Shown piece after piece: positions 23,691 through 38,424 of a stretch of DNA of 64,000 nucleotides. Below the pieces are notes generated by a model. It saw only the letters and a program-made list of their open reading frames with translations. It was not told where the DNA came from and did no database searches. Numbering within the stretch: position 1 is the stretch's first letter; every line of letters begins with the position of its first letter. Location: positions 1,512,732 to 1,576,731 of the forward strand of contig NW_018405113.1 of assembly GCF_002113885.1 (NCBI RefSeq), given 5' to 3'. Source of the stretch: Mizuhopecten yessoensis. Its lineage: Eukaryota. Made by a program: the position numbers and the translations under genes.

Positions 23691-26152
23691 TTACATTATA
23701 CACTGCAAAGCGAACAAGGCCATGACGATGAACACATTCCTTGTCGCATGACAGGACCATGTCCCTGACTGAGAGCAAGGTTCATCAGAATCGGAGCAGT
23801 ACTTGGAAAGCATTGCCTCCCATTTGCGTCTCTCCCTTTCATCTGTCAGAACTTGAAATCCCTGTTCAGTTATCTGTTCACAAACCTCCATCGGTCTGAA
23901 CTGGTTAAGCCTGTACATCCCGAACTCCTCCTTGCCAGGATAAAGATCGGCCACCATGCATATCATCTCGTGTTCCGTAGGGCTGATATCCAGGGACTCC
24001 ATAATCGAATCTGACATCAGCAGATCAGCAAATTCTTTAACCATTGCTTCTGGGTTTTCTTCTTCCTCAAAGCCTATATAACGTCTTATATTGAGTTCAA
24101 GTAAATTCTCTTTCCTTTTTAAAAGTATGTCCTGAAGCTGAGAGGTTAGTAGCGTACCTGACTGGCACTGGTTTCTTATGACGTCAACAGGGTAATGATC
24201 ATACACGTACATTTCCAAAGGGGCTACAGATCCAAGAACACAGAGGATCTCCTTAAATGGCCAGTTGTCATTTCTCTTAACATCGGCTGCAGTTAAGGAC
24301 CGTCGGATATCTTGGAAGATGGAACTGATGGGAACGTTCTCCTTTAAGCCTTTGCGTATTGTTTTATTAAGATATGTATTGAAAAAATCTGGACAAGGAT
24401 GTATTTGATATCTTTTCATTTCATTCCTCGTCTCTATTGCATCGAGTTGGAGTTGTTCGAATTTTTCGGTTGTTAAAAGACTACAAGTCGATCTTGGTCT
24501 GAAGTCTGCCAAGTCATAGAAAGCGTACTTGAACCTTTGGGGAAACATCTCGGCAATGTTACACAACACCTCTTTCTCGTCTGGAAATTTACCCAGGGGT
24601 TGCATGTATTCATCAAATCCGAGAGCTCGGGATATTTCGTCAGATAGTTTCGCCGAATCCTCGTCCTCGCTGCTTTCAACATTACGTCGTATTGTTTCTT
24701 GCACCAAAGTATTTTGTCTGTGTAACAGAACAGTGTTCAGAGGAAAACTGTCTGGCGTTCGTCTGCAGTAGTCTCTGATGTTTTCCATATTGTAGTAATC
24801 AAATTCCTTGTGGCTGGGATGGAAGAGAGCCAGATGACAGAGAACGTCCTGTATTGGCCAGTTAACTCCTCTGCCAGTGGTGTGTAAACCTACATCCTTG
24901 AGCTTATAACACATGCGTAATATGTTGACACTGCTGTCGTTGATTCCTTCCTGTACAACGTCAAATAAAGCATTTTCTGTATGAACCCAAGACTCCATTT
25001 CAGTCATGTTAAAAAAGTCGTTTTCTAAGATATGTAATAGTTCATTTTGTTTTAGATGTATGTTACCCTTGTCAACGTTACCAAGTAAGATAGCAGATAC
25101 ATTGCGGTATAATGCTGTTTTGATTTCAAATTGTGTGAGATCTATTTCTTGAGATCTCATGTGGTCAAACAACTCAAGTGTTTCAACAACAGTTCTTGTT
25201 ACGTTTATAAACAGGCCGATAGAATAATCTAAGTATTGTGTACAGTTTGTTTCTGATTCGTTTCCCTCAGCAATTATTTCATTTAATTGTTTTAAATCAT
25301 TCTGATACTTATGAATGAACTCTCTCAATTTATCCTCAAGCTTTACATATTGCTTTTGCTGCAAATAAATTGAGACTGCAGATGCAATACCAGACAGTGA
25401 GCCCTTTGCGAATCCTCCGATTACCGAACTAACAGAAAACTTTCTTGGGTTTATGTTATTCCAAAGACGTTTGATTCCCTGTCTCGGATGAACAAATTTG
25501 TTTACTACTCTATGTTTTAGCGATCTCATTTTATGGGATACTCTTCCTAACTTGTGTTTTAGTGTTTTTACGGGGGATACCACAGCATTTTGTGCCGAAG
25601 TGAATGCCTCTTTTGCTCTCCCTTTTTGACCGGAAAGGATAGCGTTGGTTATCATTTTAAATTTCTTGAAATAACCTTTCGGCTTGCCATATTTTGAAAC
25701 AAGAAAATCATACTTTTTCTTGGATAAATTACCAATATTTCCTATTATCACTGATATCGTCTTTGGGACAACAAATGAAATTGCTGCATCCATCATATTG
25801 TTATGTTTAATGTCATTCAAACGTTTTTCCATTCGTGAGTAAACAAACTCAATGTCATTGATTTTTTCCTCTAAGCAGTCCTTGATCATTGTATCATTTT
25901 CTTTAGCGCAGACAAAATCCATGCTTTCCAAATAACGCAGTTCTGCAATATTGGTGATATAGACAAGCGATTGAGTAATATGCTTGATGTGTGAAAGTAT
26001 CGAATTTGTTGACTGATACACTCGGTTCGCCTTAGCAGTGCACTTCCTAAGTCTAGTGTGAGTCTGGCTCAGTGTCTTCAATGCTTCATATATGTGGTCC
26101 TGGATTGTCTTTAGCTCTTCTTTCAATGGGCAAATATTCACGGCTGGACATT
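23691..26152 (-). CDS. Large terminal coding exon of gene B (ORF-track 816 aa)
   Basis: Intact ORF. It is 30 aa shorter than in A because of a 5-aa indel, an 18-aa deletion and a stop 7 codons earlier. Confidence 0.93.
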
Positions 26153-29100
26153 CTGTGAATTAAGAGGCAAACTAATAAAAAAAATCGCCTGAATATATGA
26201 ATCTTTGGTTTTAAGAATACCTGTACCGCTGCAGGCAAAATACCAAAAATATTCTGTATGGTTTTTCGTACTTATAGTAATCTTTCATTAATATCATTTT
26301 GGATATAACAGTAGCACGACGTAGCTAATGTGTTTCCTTTGACTAGCTATATGTAGCTCATGGTCAGGTGGTAAGAGCGATAGTACATGTATAATGATCT
26401 GAAGTCAACGGTTCGAATTCTGGTCTTTTTGCAATTATACACATTGAACATTGTTGCATATAAAAAAAAAAAACATTTTTAATTGTTTTCTTTTAAGAAA
26501 TGATTTATCATCATGCCATATCGAGAAACAAGTTTCCAATGTAAATTTACAGTTGTTAGCAGCGGCACAGCGATTCTTAAGATAAAGTCCATTTGTATCA
26601 CAATATTAACAAATAGCGGAAAGTAAACAGAGCAAGGTGCTGAAACAAAATTTGCAGAAAACAAAAACGCTAGAGTTTCCTAAACCATATGAGGGCAACC
26701 GTCATAATGTCTCCTACCGAATTCAGTAGACTATGCAGGTCACCAATACTGTAAGTATTCTTAGTTTTGAGGATGTACTCTTCTGAGTTTTAAATCACGT
26801 TCAAGTCTCGTTTTGATCTTGTGAAACGTGATTTTTGGAATATATAACAAGTTATGATCAATTTTAAAAGCACACACCCATCGGGAAAAAAAACCCTAGA
26901 AATTATAAAAAAAATGACCAATTCGGCCTCCATTTTGAAAATGTGTGTTTCTTACATTTTCAATTAGATCACTTTAGAATTTTTTATATCAAAGGTTTAC
27001 TTGATACACAAACAATGTATGTATTAAACGTGTCGCAACATTTCAAGACCGACTGGTTCCTTCTGTCAAGCTATGCCAGAGTGAGCGATTTGTATACGAT
27101 TTGACGAAATTGTACGTTATTTATGGCACTAGACCCGGGACGTTTCGCCTATCGGTAGAGAGCGTATACACTTTACCGAATAGGTTACAGGCAGGGTGTA
27201 GATCTAGCCCCCTCCCCCGTTAACAGGAGTTGTTTATCAACACGGTCATGCAATTCGTTTTGTCTTTTCTACTATGCCACTAACTCATTTTTCAAAACTT
27301 GTGCAAAGAAAAATATTAAAATGGGATTTTTTTTACATCCTTAAGTGTTTTAATTATTACCAAATATCAACAACATATTTACATATTTGAGACCACCGAA
27401 AGTAAAGAATGCATGAAGAAGTGAATGGGCTATACCTATAATATATTCAACGAACTGCCGTAAGGTTATTGGGAAGCAAAATTTATATAGTTTCTTTTAT
27501 TATATCATCATTATTTTTCTCTCTGATATAGGAGATATTTAGCTCACAATCAATATGAGAGACAGTGAACAATTGAAAACAGGGCATTATAACGTCACGT
27601 AACTTTAGTGTTTGTGAACACAACGCCAGAGGTATAAGTATATTTATCCAGAAAACCATGGCCCACTTGTATAAAACTGTTAAGGAAAATCTCAAGCAAT
27701 GTATTGTCTATGGAAAATCTTAGACTTGAGGAAATCTCAAGAGTTGAGATGTTTTATACAAGTGGGCCCATGACACTTAAGAATATAATTTAGAGTAGTG
27801 CATAAGATCATGCTAGTCATTACGCACGGTCAGGGAATATTGTATGTCACTTCTGAGGTAATGAAAATAATTCATCGTGAAATTCCTTTAGATACAACAT
27901 TGTGAAATAATCAAACTGGAATCGATGGTAAACAGTATAAATTTTAACCTAATACCAAATTTTCACTCTGCTCTTGACATACCTGATAAAGCTTGAACAA
28001 CTACGATTCCCACCTCTACATACTCCGTTGCTTCCCCAACGTGTCCGACGATCTTCGAAAATGAAGACACAGCTCTCGGCACGTTCTTTATGAGTGCTTT
28101 AATGATTGTTTAAAAGAGTTCATAAAATAGCTATTAGAAATAAAGCAAACTGAATAAAGTACGAATATTTCTGATAAGAGTGTTATATTTTCGTCAGCTA
28201 CATTTCCTCCTTGTGTCTTTACATATTACTTTTCAATATGATTTCCGCCGACGTTCAGCAATACTTCACAATTGTAAGTAGAAGTAAAATCATTGTTTTC
28301 ATTATCAAATATGTTTAATATTGGTGAAATTACCCCTAAAATATCATAGCCAAACTGATATAAAACGATAAACGGTATTTTCAGATAATTGTCATCATGA
28401 TATCTAATAATATATGTTGGTTTCATTCGATTGTGTACATTTAAAGTTATTAACCTATGTGCTTACTGTTCATTTCAGAGTAAGATTAATTATTTTGTAG
28501 ACAGATACACATGAGTACACCTATCTGGTCAAATACACACCAGAAATAAGACTTTGAAAATAATCATAATAAAAACCTAATAAAAATGCCGCAGATATTT
28601 AATTGTGTATTTTAATGAGGCATTATTTTTCATAATGATAACAAAATAATTTTGTGGACGCATGAAAGTTCCTTTCAAAGATTAATCCTGGAAATAAATA
28701 ACAGACGATGGTGATAACGAATAAAACGTTCTATTATGATTTTTTTTTTTTTACATTTTAAGAGATGATCAATACCTGGGGAAATCAAAAATTCAAAATG
28801 TGTATTCATAAAGCTATTAATAAATTAAATTGTTGAACCATCAGAAAATTCAATCTATTAGATCAGTTAACCCAAGTTATATGTGATCCGTGGGATGAAC
28901 AATCCATGTGATAGTCAACCAATCATATACTCAATCCTGAATATTGTCATTATAGAAAATGATCAATCCCTTAGATAGGTCAAATTTTTCATGAATATAT
29001 AGATACATTGTAAACATTTGCCGCGAATACTTCTTTTTTAGATTATTCTTACCATGACAAATCAATGTTCAGTACAAACACCTTTAGACTATTTGATGTT

Positions 29101-31123
29101 CAAAATATCAATATGAGACGTTTCAGTATGTATCTATTTTGATTATAAAATGGTATTACAACTGTCGCTTACATGTTTTCGCTGCTATTGCTGCTGTGCG
29201 GAACACAACACCGAAAAGTCCTCTCTTTCTTCGAACCTTTGTGACCTTTCGATTCTCATCGCTGTTATCTAAAAAAAGAAGAACGTTTTTATCATTTTTA
29301 AGCATTAGATAATGTTCCTGTATTTGATAAGACATAAATTTACAATAAACCGGAATACCCGTGCATATATAATTTGTCCTTGTCAACAGGCCGATCCTAT
29401 GATAAACCATATAAACGCAGGAATGTACTTTAGTACTACTTATCATTGTCCTCAGCAATAGGCTAACTATAAAGAAATATAACTAACGTACAAGTGTATA
29501 AAGGGAAGGGCATGCAGAATTTCTTTTGAAAATGTGTATTCAATAAGAAAGATAATACATATATGTTTCAATGGTTAACCTATATAGAACACGGTTTGGC
29601 CAACACCTGGATGACACTTTACGGCAACAAGTGACGGAAAGTTTTTAATGTTATAGGCTTAGGCTATCCTTGCTTGCCGTTGCAGCACCACTGAAGATCA
29701 ATATTGCTCACTGTTTACGATACTGGGAAGTCGGTTACATATTTTTGCCAATGTTAATGGGATTGTAAAAGCGTGTTTGTCTAATAATCATAAAACTGTA
29801 TTCCCATGTGCATGTTTTAAAGGTTATAAAATATTAACTTTTCTAAAAATAAAAATGTCTTCATCACAAATTACTATTCTTAGACTTCACACTATTTACT
29901 CACTTTGAGTAGCCCCGACCAAACCTATTTCTATTAGACTCCATTTTTGCCTACTTACTTATCCAGAATTCCGCTGAGAATCACTTTTCAGAGATCTTAC
30001 TATTAGTGTTATTGATTAAACCTAACACAAAGTAAATTTCACTTTTACTCACATTTCTGATTTTTTAAGGATATCTTCTTTTTATACCCCACTGTTACTC
30101 ACCTTTCTTAATTTCCTTATTATCAACTATTTATAGCTATTGTTTATTCAATAGCAAATATTCAAAGCAAAAGAAGCATGCTTACTTCGTGATATGTCTC
30201 CTGTCATTAATCTTGCTTTCTGAACCGTTGTGACACTTCTACCGTCATCATCATCAGACTCGCTGTAATCTATAACAATAAAAGAGTAACACTTGTTGAT
30301 CAAAGTATTTGTATGAAACACTTATCCAAACAACTTATTCAATTAAGAAGTTTATGAAAAAGTTCCTTATTCTCAAGTTTGCTCGCTTTCTGATGTAAAG
30401 TGCAAGTATTTACAGTGCTACTTTCAATTAATATGATTAACGATTGAAACACAAAGAAACAAGAATGGAACGCAAACTCGATATAAAAAGTCAAAATAGG
30501 AACCAACGAGACATGAAAAGAAACGGCCCCGGAATGTCATCATGAAGTCCCATAATAAAATGGAGGCGAAGCAAAGTGCTCGGGAGGGCAAATTGTCATG
30601 CTCTCATCATGATAAATTACCAGTATAATGTTGGGGAGTATGTATATATCGGTCATGAAATATCCGAGACATAATGAATACGTCTTTTTATGTATGATTG
30701 ATAGTGATATTTCAAAACCGAATATCAAATCATGACTACGACCGTAAATATTGAAGTGTAGATTGAAACTGATCTGGTAGAAAATCATGACTACGTAACT
30801 TATTCGTCAACAGGACAACTTTTGTGATTTAAAGGAAGAGTTCTGTAGCAGCAAATCAACTGTTTCAATTCATCACAATTACAGGGAAGCCCGGTATATT
30901 ACTTTTGTGAGAAGGGTAATTGATTATCGTGACATTAAATCGTTTGATATCTTTTATTATGTTGGCATTGTAGACGACTTGTTCATAGATGATACAAGGA
31001 CTATAACAGTGCTAACTCTTAATCGTTACCACCCTGACATACCCCCTACTAACACTTACCAGGATGAGCCCACACAGCAACTAGCATAAACAGCAGCAAT
31101 GCGTAAACAAACTTCATCTTCAT
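23691..31123 (-). CDS. Gene B: paralogue of gene A, ~942 aa
   Basis: Exons 31123-31060, 30269-30186, 29268-29173, 28105-27983 (acceptor is AA, not AG) and 26152-23691. N-terminus MKMKFVYALLLFMLVAVWAHP...KVRRKR/GLFGVVFRTAAIAAKT. Confidence 0.85.
27660..27768. mobile_element. 109-bp MITE, 18-bp TIR ggcccacttgtataaaac, 3-bp TSD cat (PIF/Harbinger-like)
   Basis: Perfect TIRs. The empty site is present in the gene A arm at ~8437-8440. Confidence 0.85.
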
Positions 31124-31374
31124 AGGCGCAAGGCAGAATGCATACGTTCAAGTTCACAGCTGAAAGCATATAGATATTAGAGCATGCTTTACCGTATCAT
31201 ATAATCTATTTTAAATACATATTTTAAGCTATTTTTGTTTCCTAAAATATTCTATGGGTAATCCTTCAAGGTTTGCTTTAAATGTGTAACATATACTAAT
31301 TACATTTCCATTTATACCATACGGACTCATTATATTCAGAACAAATGTGGTCCAATATAAATTACAAGTGAATC

Positions 31375-31857
31375 TCATAATACAAATACAAATACAAATA
31401 TACAGCATTTGATATAGCGCCCTATCTAGATAACATAGGCCTTTACAGTACATAGATATACAGTTAATATAATTAGAATATACATTTTTAAGGAATTCGC
31501 AGGAGCTGCCTTATAAGGCGCTAACTACTAATCCTATGCCACCTTGCTAAGGTCTCCCTATGTGTGTATGCCTGCGTGTGTGCTGGAGATGTAATGTGTT
31601 CTGTTTGTAGTTGGACCCTGTTTGTAGTGGGACCGTGCTTTCAACGGCATCCTTTATAGTGCCACCTCACTTGAATGCTACATCACAGAACCGCAACATC
31701 CACCCCAGACCATTTTATACTCCACCTGGGTTGTTGGAGTTGTGTGGGCAGAAAAAAACACTTTCTCTGATATTCCATGCGTGCGACGACTTCGGGGATA
31801 GAACCCCGGCCGCCTGCGTGGAAGGCCGAAGTGTTAACCACTCGAGCAATCCGCCCA
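31375..31857 (-). mobile_element. tRNA-derived SINE in gene B intron 1
   Basis: Minus-strand head gggcggattgctcgagtggttaacac...ggttctatcccc and a (tttgta)n tail. The body is shared with ~45100-45360. Confidence 0.75.
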
Positions 31858-32338
31858 TAATGTGTTTTTAAATAACAAGTTTATCCAATAGAAACTGAAC
31901 AATACATAGAGGTGTCCTTTTGTAAATACACCAGAGTCAATACAAAACGATAAAAAAGAATTTCTGTTTTCTTTTTTTGTTTTGTTTTTGTTTTTGTTTT
32001 GGTTATGGGTTTGTTTAGTTTTTTGGTAAAACATGAGCAAGTTATCATAGACCTTTTTCATTACTCACGTTTTTGTAATGTAATTTCACTACACATTCAT
32101 TATTTTTTAATTTAATTTAATTCTTTAATTGTTTAACAGGGATTACCAACAGCCAAAATGCCTCTTTTTAAGTTTATTTAAAAAAACAAATTGTGAAATT
32201 TTGATAACAGCACTTATATATTAGTAAACATTGATAACTGTCAAAGTTATCTAAACATTTCAGATGTCATCAATCTATTTTGTTATATAACAGTTTCACA
32301 ATCATGAAACATTTTATATGAAATAAAGCCCTACTTAC

Positions 32339-32474
32339 CTTGGCTTCAGCTCTTGCTTTCGCGTTTAAACACCCTAGACGAAAAATATAAACATAAACCT
32401 ATGGAAATCGCCTTTTATATTTCAGCATTTCTTGAAAAACCGATTTGCAGACAAGCCGCCATGATTTCTCGGAA
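32339..32474 (-). promoter_or_regulatory. Putative promoter and non-coding exon 1 of gene B
   Basis: TATAAAA at 32419-32413, donor at 32339/32338; mirror of 2324-2458. Confidence 0.6.
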
Positions 32475-33899
32475 TGTTAATTGGATTCAAAAATAACTCA
32501 TGTGTATTTGTTTTATTTTTGGGTCTTGTGTAACAAGGTCATCATATCGGTGGAAATATTTTGTTTACCTTCCTCCTTGACCTATGATATCGTCAGTTCC
32601 TCTGTTCGGTAGGTATGTGTACATTAGTCATACATGCTGCAAAAACCTACTACAACGTATAAGAATCAAAAAAGATTTGAAACATTTATGACATTTCTTT
32701 ATCTTGGGAAATCTCTACAAATACAAAATAAGGATGCACAAACATACAAATTGAGCAAGTCGGTTAAAAAAACCCAACAAAGTAAGTATATACCACGCTA
32801 TCTTGCCTTTTAGTACATTAAGATACTAAACCTGATGTATTTTCAAATTTACAAAGAAATATACCATGCGTTGGTATACATCCGCTATGTAAATCAAGAT
32901 ATAATCCTAATAACGACGTCCTCAAAGTGAGAATCCGTGTTCAATAATGTCAGACTAAAATACAAATTATTACAATTTTGTTTAAAGTTTGATTTAATTA
33001 TTTTGTTATCAATATAATTTGATAGTTTTAGGTAATGTACGGACAAAGTAACTTAGAATAGTTCAACAGTCATTTCTTGTGTATTGTGTTCGAGTACAAT
33101 GCTGAAGAGTCATTTGATATTCTAACAGGCGATTAACAGGAGTGGGTTTATACGTACGTTGATGTTATAGTTTCATTTTCGTTTTCGATTGCTCACTTCC
33201 TCGTATGTTTTTTACTTATGACCTTCTACCTGTACGGGGTTTCCCCTAACACGACTATCAGGTAGCCAATTGGAAGTGCCATGTCACATATCAAAACGAA
33301 AGCAGCACCATTTGTACACAGAAAATAAATCATATTTAAGCAATCTTTACTTAAGTTCAATTAGTCCATAAATTCTTCGGTGCCGTATTATGGATTTCAA
33401 GCCCTGTAATTCTGGAACCCAGATCAACAATGTTATAATATAAGAATCGACTTTAATCCAGATCAATATTAAGTCTACAATTTCAAAACCAATCTCCGAT
33501 ATTTAAGTGTTCAAAACCATAATAGCTAAAGTACTACATGTACTTAATATGTACCACAAAAATAATGCAGCACACAGTGTTTTGGTAAATTTGCTTTATT
33601 TGTTTTATAAACAATGAAACTATAATACATAACACAATAGATTATCGTTAAAAAATCTTATAAATTGGGTTATATATTTTTTTTTAATTAGGAAAATGAT
33701 GAAATTCTAAAAACGGACAACGCTTCATTAATTGCTCTTTTTACGTGAAAACTAACAATGAACTATTTTACAAGGCTCATGATAAATCAAAACTAAACTA
33801 AATTGCCTGAATGACATTTTCGATATATTTTGTAAATGCACAGTGTTGAAACCATTCAGCAAATGGTCAATGGAAATACAATGATTTAATCCTTCTTTA

Positions 33900-34257
33900 A
33901 TCCATCAAGTCAATGGACTAGTCTATCAAGTCAATGGACTAGTCCATCAAGTCATGGACTAGTCCATCAAGTCCATGGACTAGTCCATCAAGTCCATGGA
34001 CTAGTCCATCAAGTCCATAGACTAGTCCATCAATACCATGGACTAGTCCATCAAGTCAATGGACTAGTCCATCAAGTCAATAGACTAGTCCATCAAGTCC
34101 ATGGACTAGTCCATCAAGTCCATGGACTAGTTCATCAAGTCCATGGACTAGTCCATCAAGTCAATGGACTAGTCCATCAAGTCAATGGACTAGTCCATCA
34201 AGTCCATGGACTAGTCCATCAATAACATGGACTAGTCCATCAAGTCAATGGACTAGT
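33900..34257. repeat. 21-bp minisatellite (tccatcaagtccatggactag) x ~17
   Basis: Direct periodicity. The units contain palindromes agtccatggact and ggactagtcc. Confidence 0.95.
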
Positions 34258-34704
34258 AAACACAGTTGGCCTTGAAGCAAATCAGCACATTCAATCAGTC
34301 TCCAGACCAACTCACCAATACTTAAAATGTAATTTTGTTACACTAGTAAATGCAATTGTATATGTGGAATGTTGAAATACTTCCTGTGTGTGACTTGTGA
34401 TGAAAGGTATGTAATACGATTTCCGGTTTCCAGAACAAAACCTACTCATATTTTATTTTTACCTAACAAGGTGCATGATATAAGCACACGGCACCATTAT
34501 TTCAAGTTTAACATTCCAAGGTGATTATAAAGTTTGCACACAACACTTAATACCCTATTACAAAGTTGACACGAGCCAACAATCACATTCTATATAAACT
34601 ACATGATGCCATCATTATAGATATGATTAACATATTTTTTTGACAAATTTGTTAGACAAGTCTTTAACACAAAAATTTATTTCTTGTATCATACACTAAA
34701 TAAC

Positions 34705-35990
34705 AGATATTGTTATATCCCAGTACTGTCAATCTGTGTATTGTTATATCTGAGTACTGTCAATCTGTGTATTGTTATATCCGAGTACTGTCAATCTGTG
34801 TATTGTTATATCCGAGTACTGTCAATCTGTGTATTGCTATATTCGAGTACTATCAATCTGTGTATTGTTATATCTGAGTACTGTCAATCTGTGTATTGTT
34901 ATATCCGAGTACTGTCAATATGTGTATTGTTATATCCGAGTACTATCAATCTGTGTTTTGTTATATCCGAGTACTGTCAATCTGTGTATTGTTATATCCG
35001 AGTACTGTCAATCTGTGTATTGCTATATATCAGTACTGTCAATCTGTTTATTGCTATATCTGAGTACTGTCAATCTGTTTATTGTTATATCTGAGTACTA
35101 TCAATCTGTGTATTATTATATCTGAGTACTGTCAATCTGTGTATTGCTATATATCAGTACTGTCAATCTGTTTATTGCTATATCTGAGTACTGTCAATCT
35201 GTTTATTGTTATATCTGAGTACTATCAATCTGTGTATTATTATATCTGAGTACTGTCAATCTGTGAATTGTTATATATGAGTACTATCAATCTGTGTATT
35301 GTTATATCTGAGTACTATCAATCTTTGTATTGTTATATCAGAGTACTATTAATCTGTGTATTGCTATATCTGAATACTATCAATCTGTGTATTGCTATAT
35401 CTGAGTACTGTCAATCTGTGTATTGTTATATCCGAGTACTATCAATCTGTGTATTCTTTTATCTTAGTACTATCAATCTGTGTATTATTATATCTGAGTA
35501 CTATCAATCTGTGTATTGCTATATCCTAGTACTATCAATCTGTGTATTCTTTTATCTGAGTACTATTAATCTGTGTATTGTTATATCTGAGTACTATATC
35601 AATCTGTGTATTGCTATATCTGAGTACTGTCAATCTGTGTATTGTTATATCTGAGTACTATATCAATCTGTGTATTGTTATATCCGAGTACTATCAATCT
35701 GTGTATTCTTTTATCTGAGTACTATATCAATATGTGTATTATTATATCTGAGTACTATATCAATCTGTGTATTATTATATCTGAGTACTATCAATATGTG
35801 TATTATTATATCTGAGTACTATCAATCTGTGTATTATTATATCTGAGTACTGTCAATCTGTGTATTATTATATCTGAGTACTGTCAATCTGTGTATTATT
35901 ATATCTGAGTACTATCATTCTATGAATTGCTATTTCTAATGATCTGAGTACTGTCGATCTGTGTATTGCTATATCTGAGTACTGTCAATA
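34705..35990. repeat. 31-bp minisatellite (aatctgtgtattgttatatctgagtactgtc) x ~41
   Basis: Direct periodicity. Explains the 31-aa-period ORFs at 34684, 34772 and 35268. Confidence 0.95.
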
Positions 35991-36286
35991 GACCCAGCTG
36001 GTTTTTTAAACTTCTTTCCTAGTACTGTTTATGTCAATATGCAAATTTATAGTGATCGAGTCCTGGCAATCGGTATATTCCGATCGTTCTAGATACGGTC
36101 AGTCAGTTAATTTTGATACTTCTTTATCTTCGCGATTATTTTCCTGACGATTCGAGAGGATTGGATTTAAGGATATACACAACTACGAATTACATTATAT
36201 CTCTGATTTATTCTCGAGTCACTTCACATTCTACCTTGAAATTAACCTATGAAGATATATAAATAGTTCTGGAAGTAAAAGAACCT

Positions 36287-38424
36287 TTACTGTACTCCTT
36301 GCTTTAAGAAGTGACAAACCAGCAAGGCGAGTACAGTGAGCGTTTTAACGTGAGATAATTGTGTTATAGAGACCTGGTCGTTTTTTCGGGCAGGAATTAA
36401 TGGCGTGAAGTGTTCCTCAAGTGCAACATAAGCTTTTTCATAAACTTGTTTACTTGTGAAGTTGAGTACAGGTGTTTGATGTTCAACACAGAAACCATGG
36501 TCCTCGCAAAAATGTTTTCGAAAGATTCGCTCCATTTCAGCATTCCTTTGGTGGATTGCGTAGGAGGAAATTATCTCAACGACGCCTTCAGTGAAAAATT
36601 GGTGATGCTGACGGAAGAAAGACAATTGGTAGAAACCGAACTGCTTTTTTTCGGGATACAGTCGAGCAACGGCGAGTAGTATGTCCGTCTGCGAGACAGA
36701 CAGTCCATATTTTCTAGACATAACATCATGTTCTATTTTATTGAAAATACTATCATAGATAGAACCGGGATCTTCGACTCCTTGCCTTCTTACGGCTGAA
36801 CGGACTTCCTGTTCAAGAAGCATTTCTTTACGTCGGGTTACCATCTGGTTGAGAAGTGAAAATGAGGACCCGCATTTTTCTCGTAATGTGTGAAGAGGAT
36901 ACGAATCATATTCCAGACAATCTAGTCGTATGATGGCCAATGTACATAGCATATCTTCTGGTGATACAATCGTATCCAAAGTAAGCAATGTGCCGCCATC
37001 TTGGCAAGTTTTCATTTCAATCGATTTCATGATATTACTGACGGACTGTTTTTCATTTGAAGACGTATGTATTTCCTTGTATAAAAGTAGTCGGGATTTC
37101 ATCCAAACCTCTAGTCGCTGAAGACTAAACTCAAACTTTATCCATGGGAGTAATTTTTGTTCTTGATTTATAAATATATTTTGATTTTGAAAGCCATTGG
37201 TTTGAGTGTGAATATCTTGTAGTTCGCCCAACGTTAATGTGCCATATCGGTTAGTAATATGTGGACCTTTTGTGGAATGCGAAAGAAGAATATCAAGGAT
37301 ATCTCGAAATCCACTCGTACAATTTTCAGAAAACTTCTCCAAAGACGTTTGGCTTATGTTCTTTTCCGCAAGCAACCCTGCACGGACATCACTAAGCTTT
37401 TCCACGAATTTAGAATATGTCTTTATAAGAACATACATTTGGAACTGAACTTCAAGCCAGTCTTTCTCTTTCGCTAATTCATTAATTTTCATTTCCTTTT
37501 GTTCTATCACTTTACTAGTGCTTTTGATCTGATGAATTCCAATTAAAGTAAAAGGAAAGATTGACTGTAGTTCGAATAGGAAGTAATCTGGATCAGGATA
37601 TTTGTCTAGTGTAGAATGTAGTTTAGACAGAACTGTCCTGTACATATCCACTACGTCGACCGGACGCCAAGTATATTTCCTCTGCAGTATCGAACGTTCG
37701 TTAGGTATCCAGATAGTACCGATGGTGTTGATATCATTGCGCAGGGCATCGTGTATCTTTCGCATCACGGTCTCCCATGTCCTTGGGTACTTCTCGGCTC
37801 TACGTAGATAACCAGGATACGTTGCGGCGTATTCAGAGTGGGATGGGTTATTCAGGACACCAATGTCGAACAATGATGCGTTGGCCGAAAACATTTTCAG
37901 ATAGAACAATGCCATGTTTCTCTCTTCGTGTATCTCATTGAATGAAATGTTAAAATTTGTATCCAACTCCGACAAAACCTGGATTAAATTTTCAATAGAC
38001 AACACAATGATTTCCTGAATACCTGCTCGTTCCATGAATGGCATTCGTTCGGAATGACCTTCATTAACAAAAGCGTTAATGGTGGACAGTTTGTATTCAA
38101 GGGGCTGCATTAATATATCCATAAACGAGAAAAATGGCAACTTTGTCGATGATTGTGATCCGAGATACTGAAAAAGTAGTTCCTTCGCCATTGTGTCTAT
38201 TTCAATACTGTCCTCTAAGATGGCCGTAAGTCCCCGGAAGGAGTTATAAAGATGGTCAATCATATATCTATTGTTAGCTTGAACGCTCTGGAGCCATGCG
38301 CACTTTGGCTCGGAACGGACATAATCGTGACAGATATGGGTTAGAAGACGGGTAGCTTCCCCTCGATAACGCTGAATGGCTACCAGGTACTTGCAGATTA
38401 TTGTTTGCCGACCTCTGCATCCTT
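36287..38424 (-). CDS. Large terminal coding exon of gene C, a distant paralogue of A/B
   Basis: The 658-aa ORF extends in frame 53 codons upstream (GCRGRQTIICKYLVAIQRY...) to the acceptor ttgcag at 38425. It shares the Cys-repeat domain and hydrophobic tail with A/B. Confidence 0.92.

Noticed and set aside
34684-35654. Cys/Tyr-rich ORFs of 117-136 aa
   Set aside because: Read-through of the 31-bp minisatellite in rotating frames.
33900-35990. Regular short repeats resembling CRISPR arrays
   Set aside because: Units are contiguous with no unique spacers, there are no cas genes, and the context is eukaryotic.
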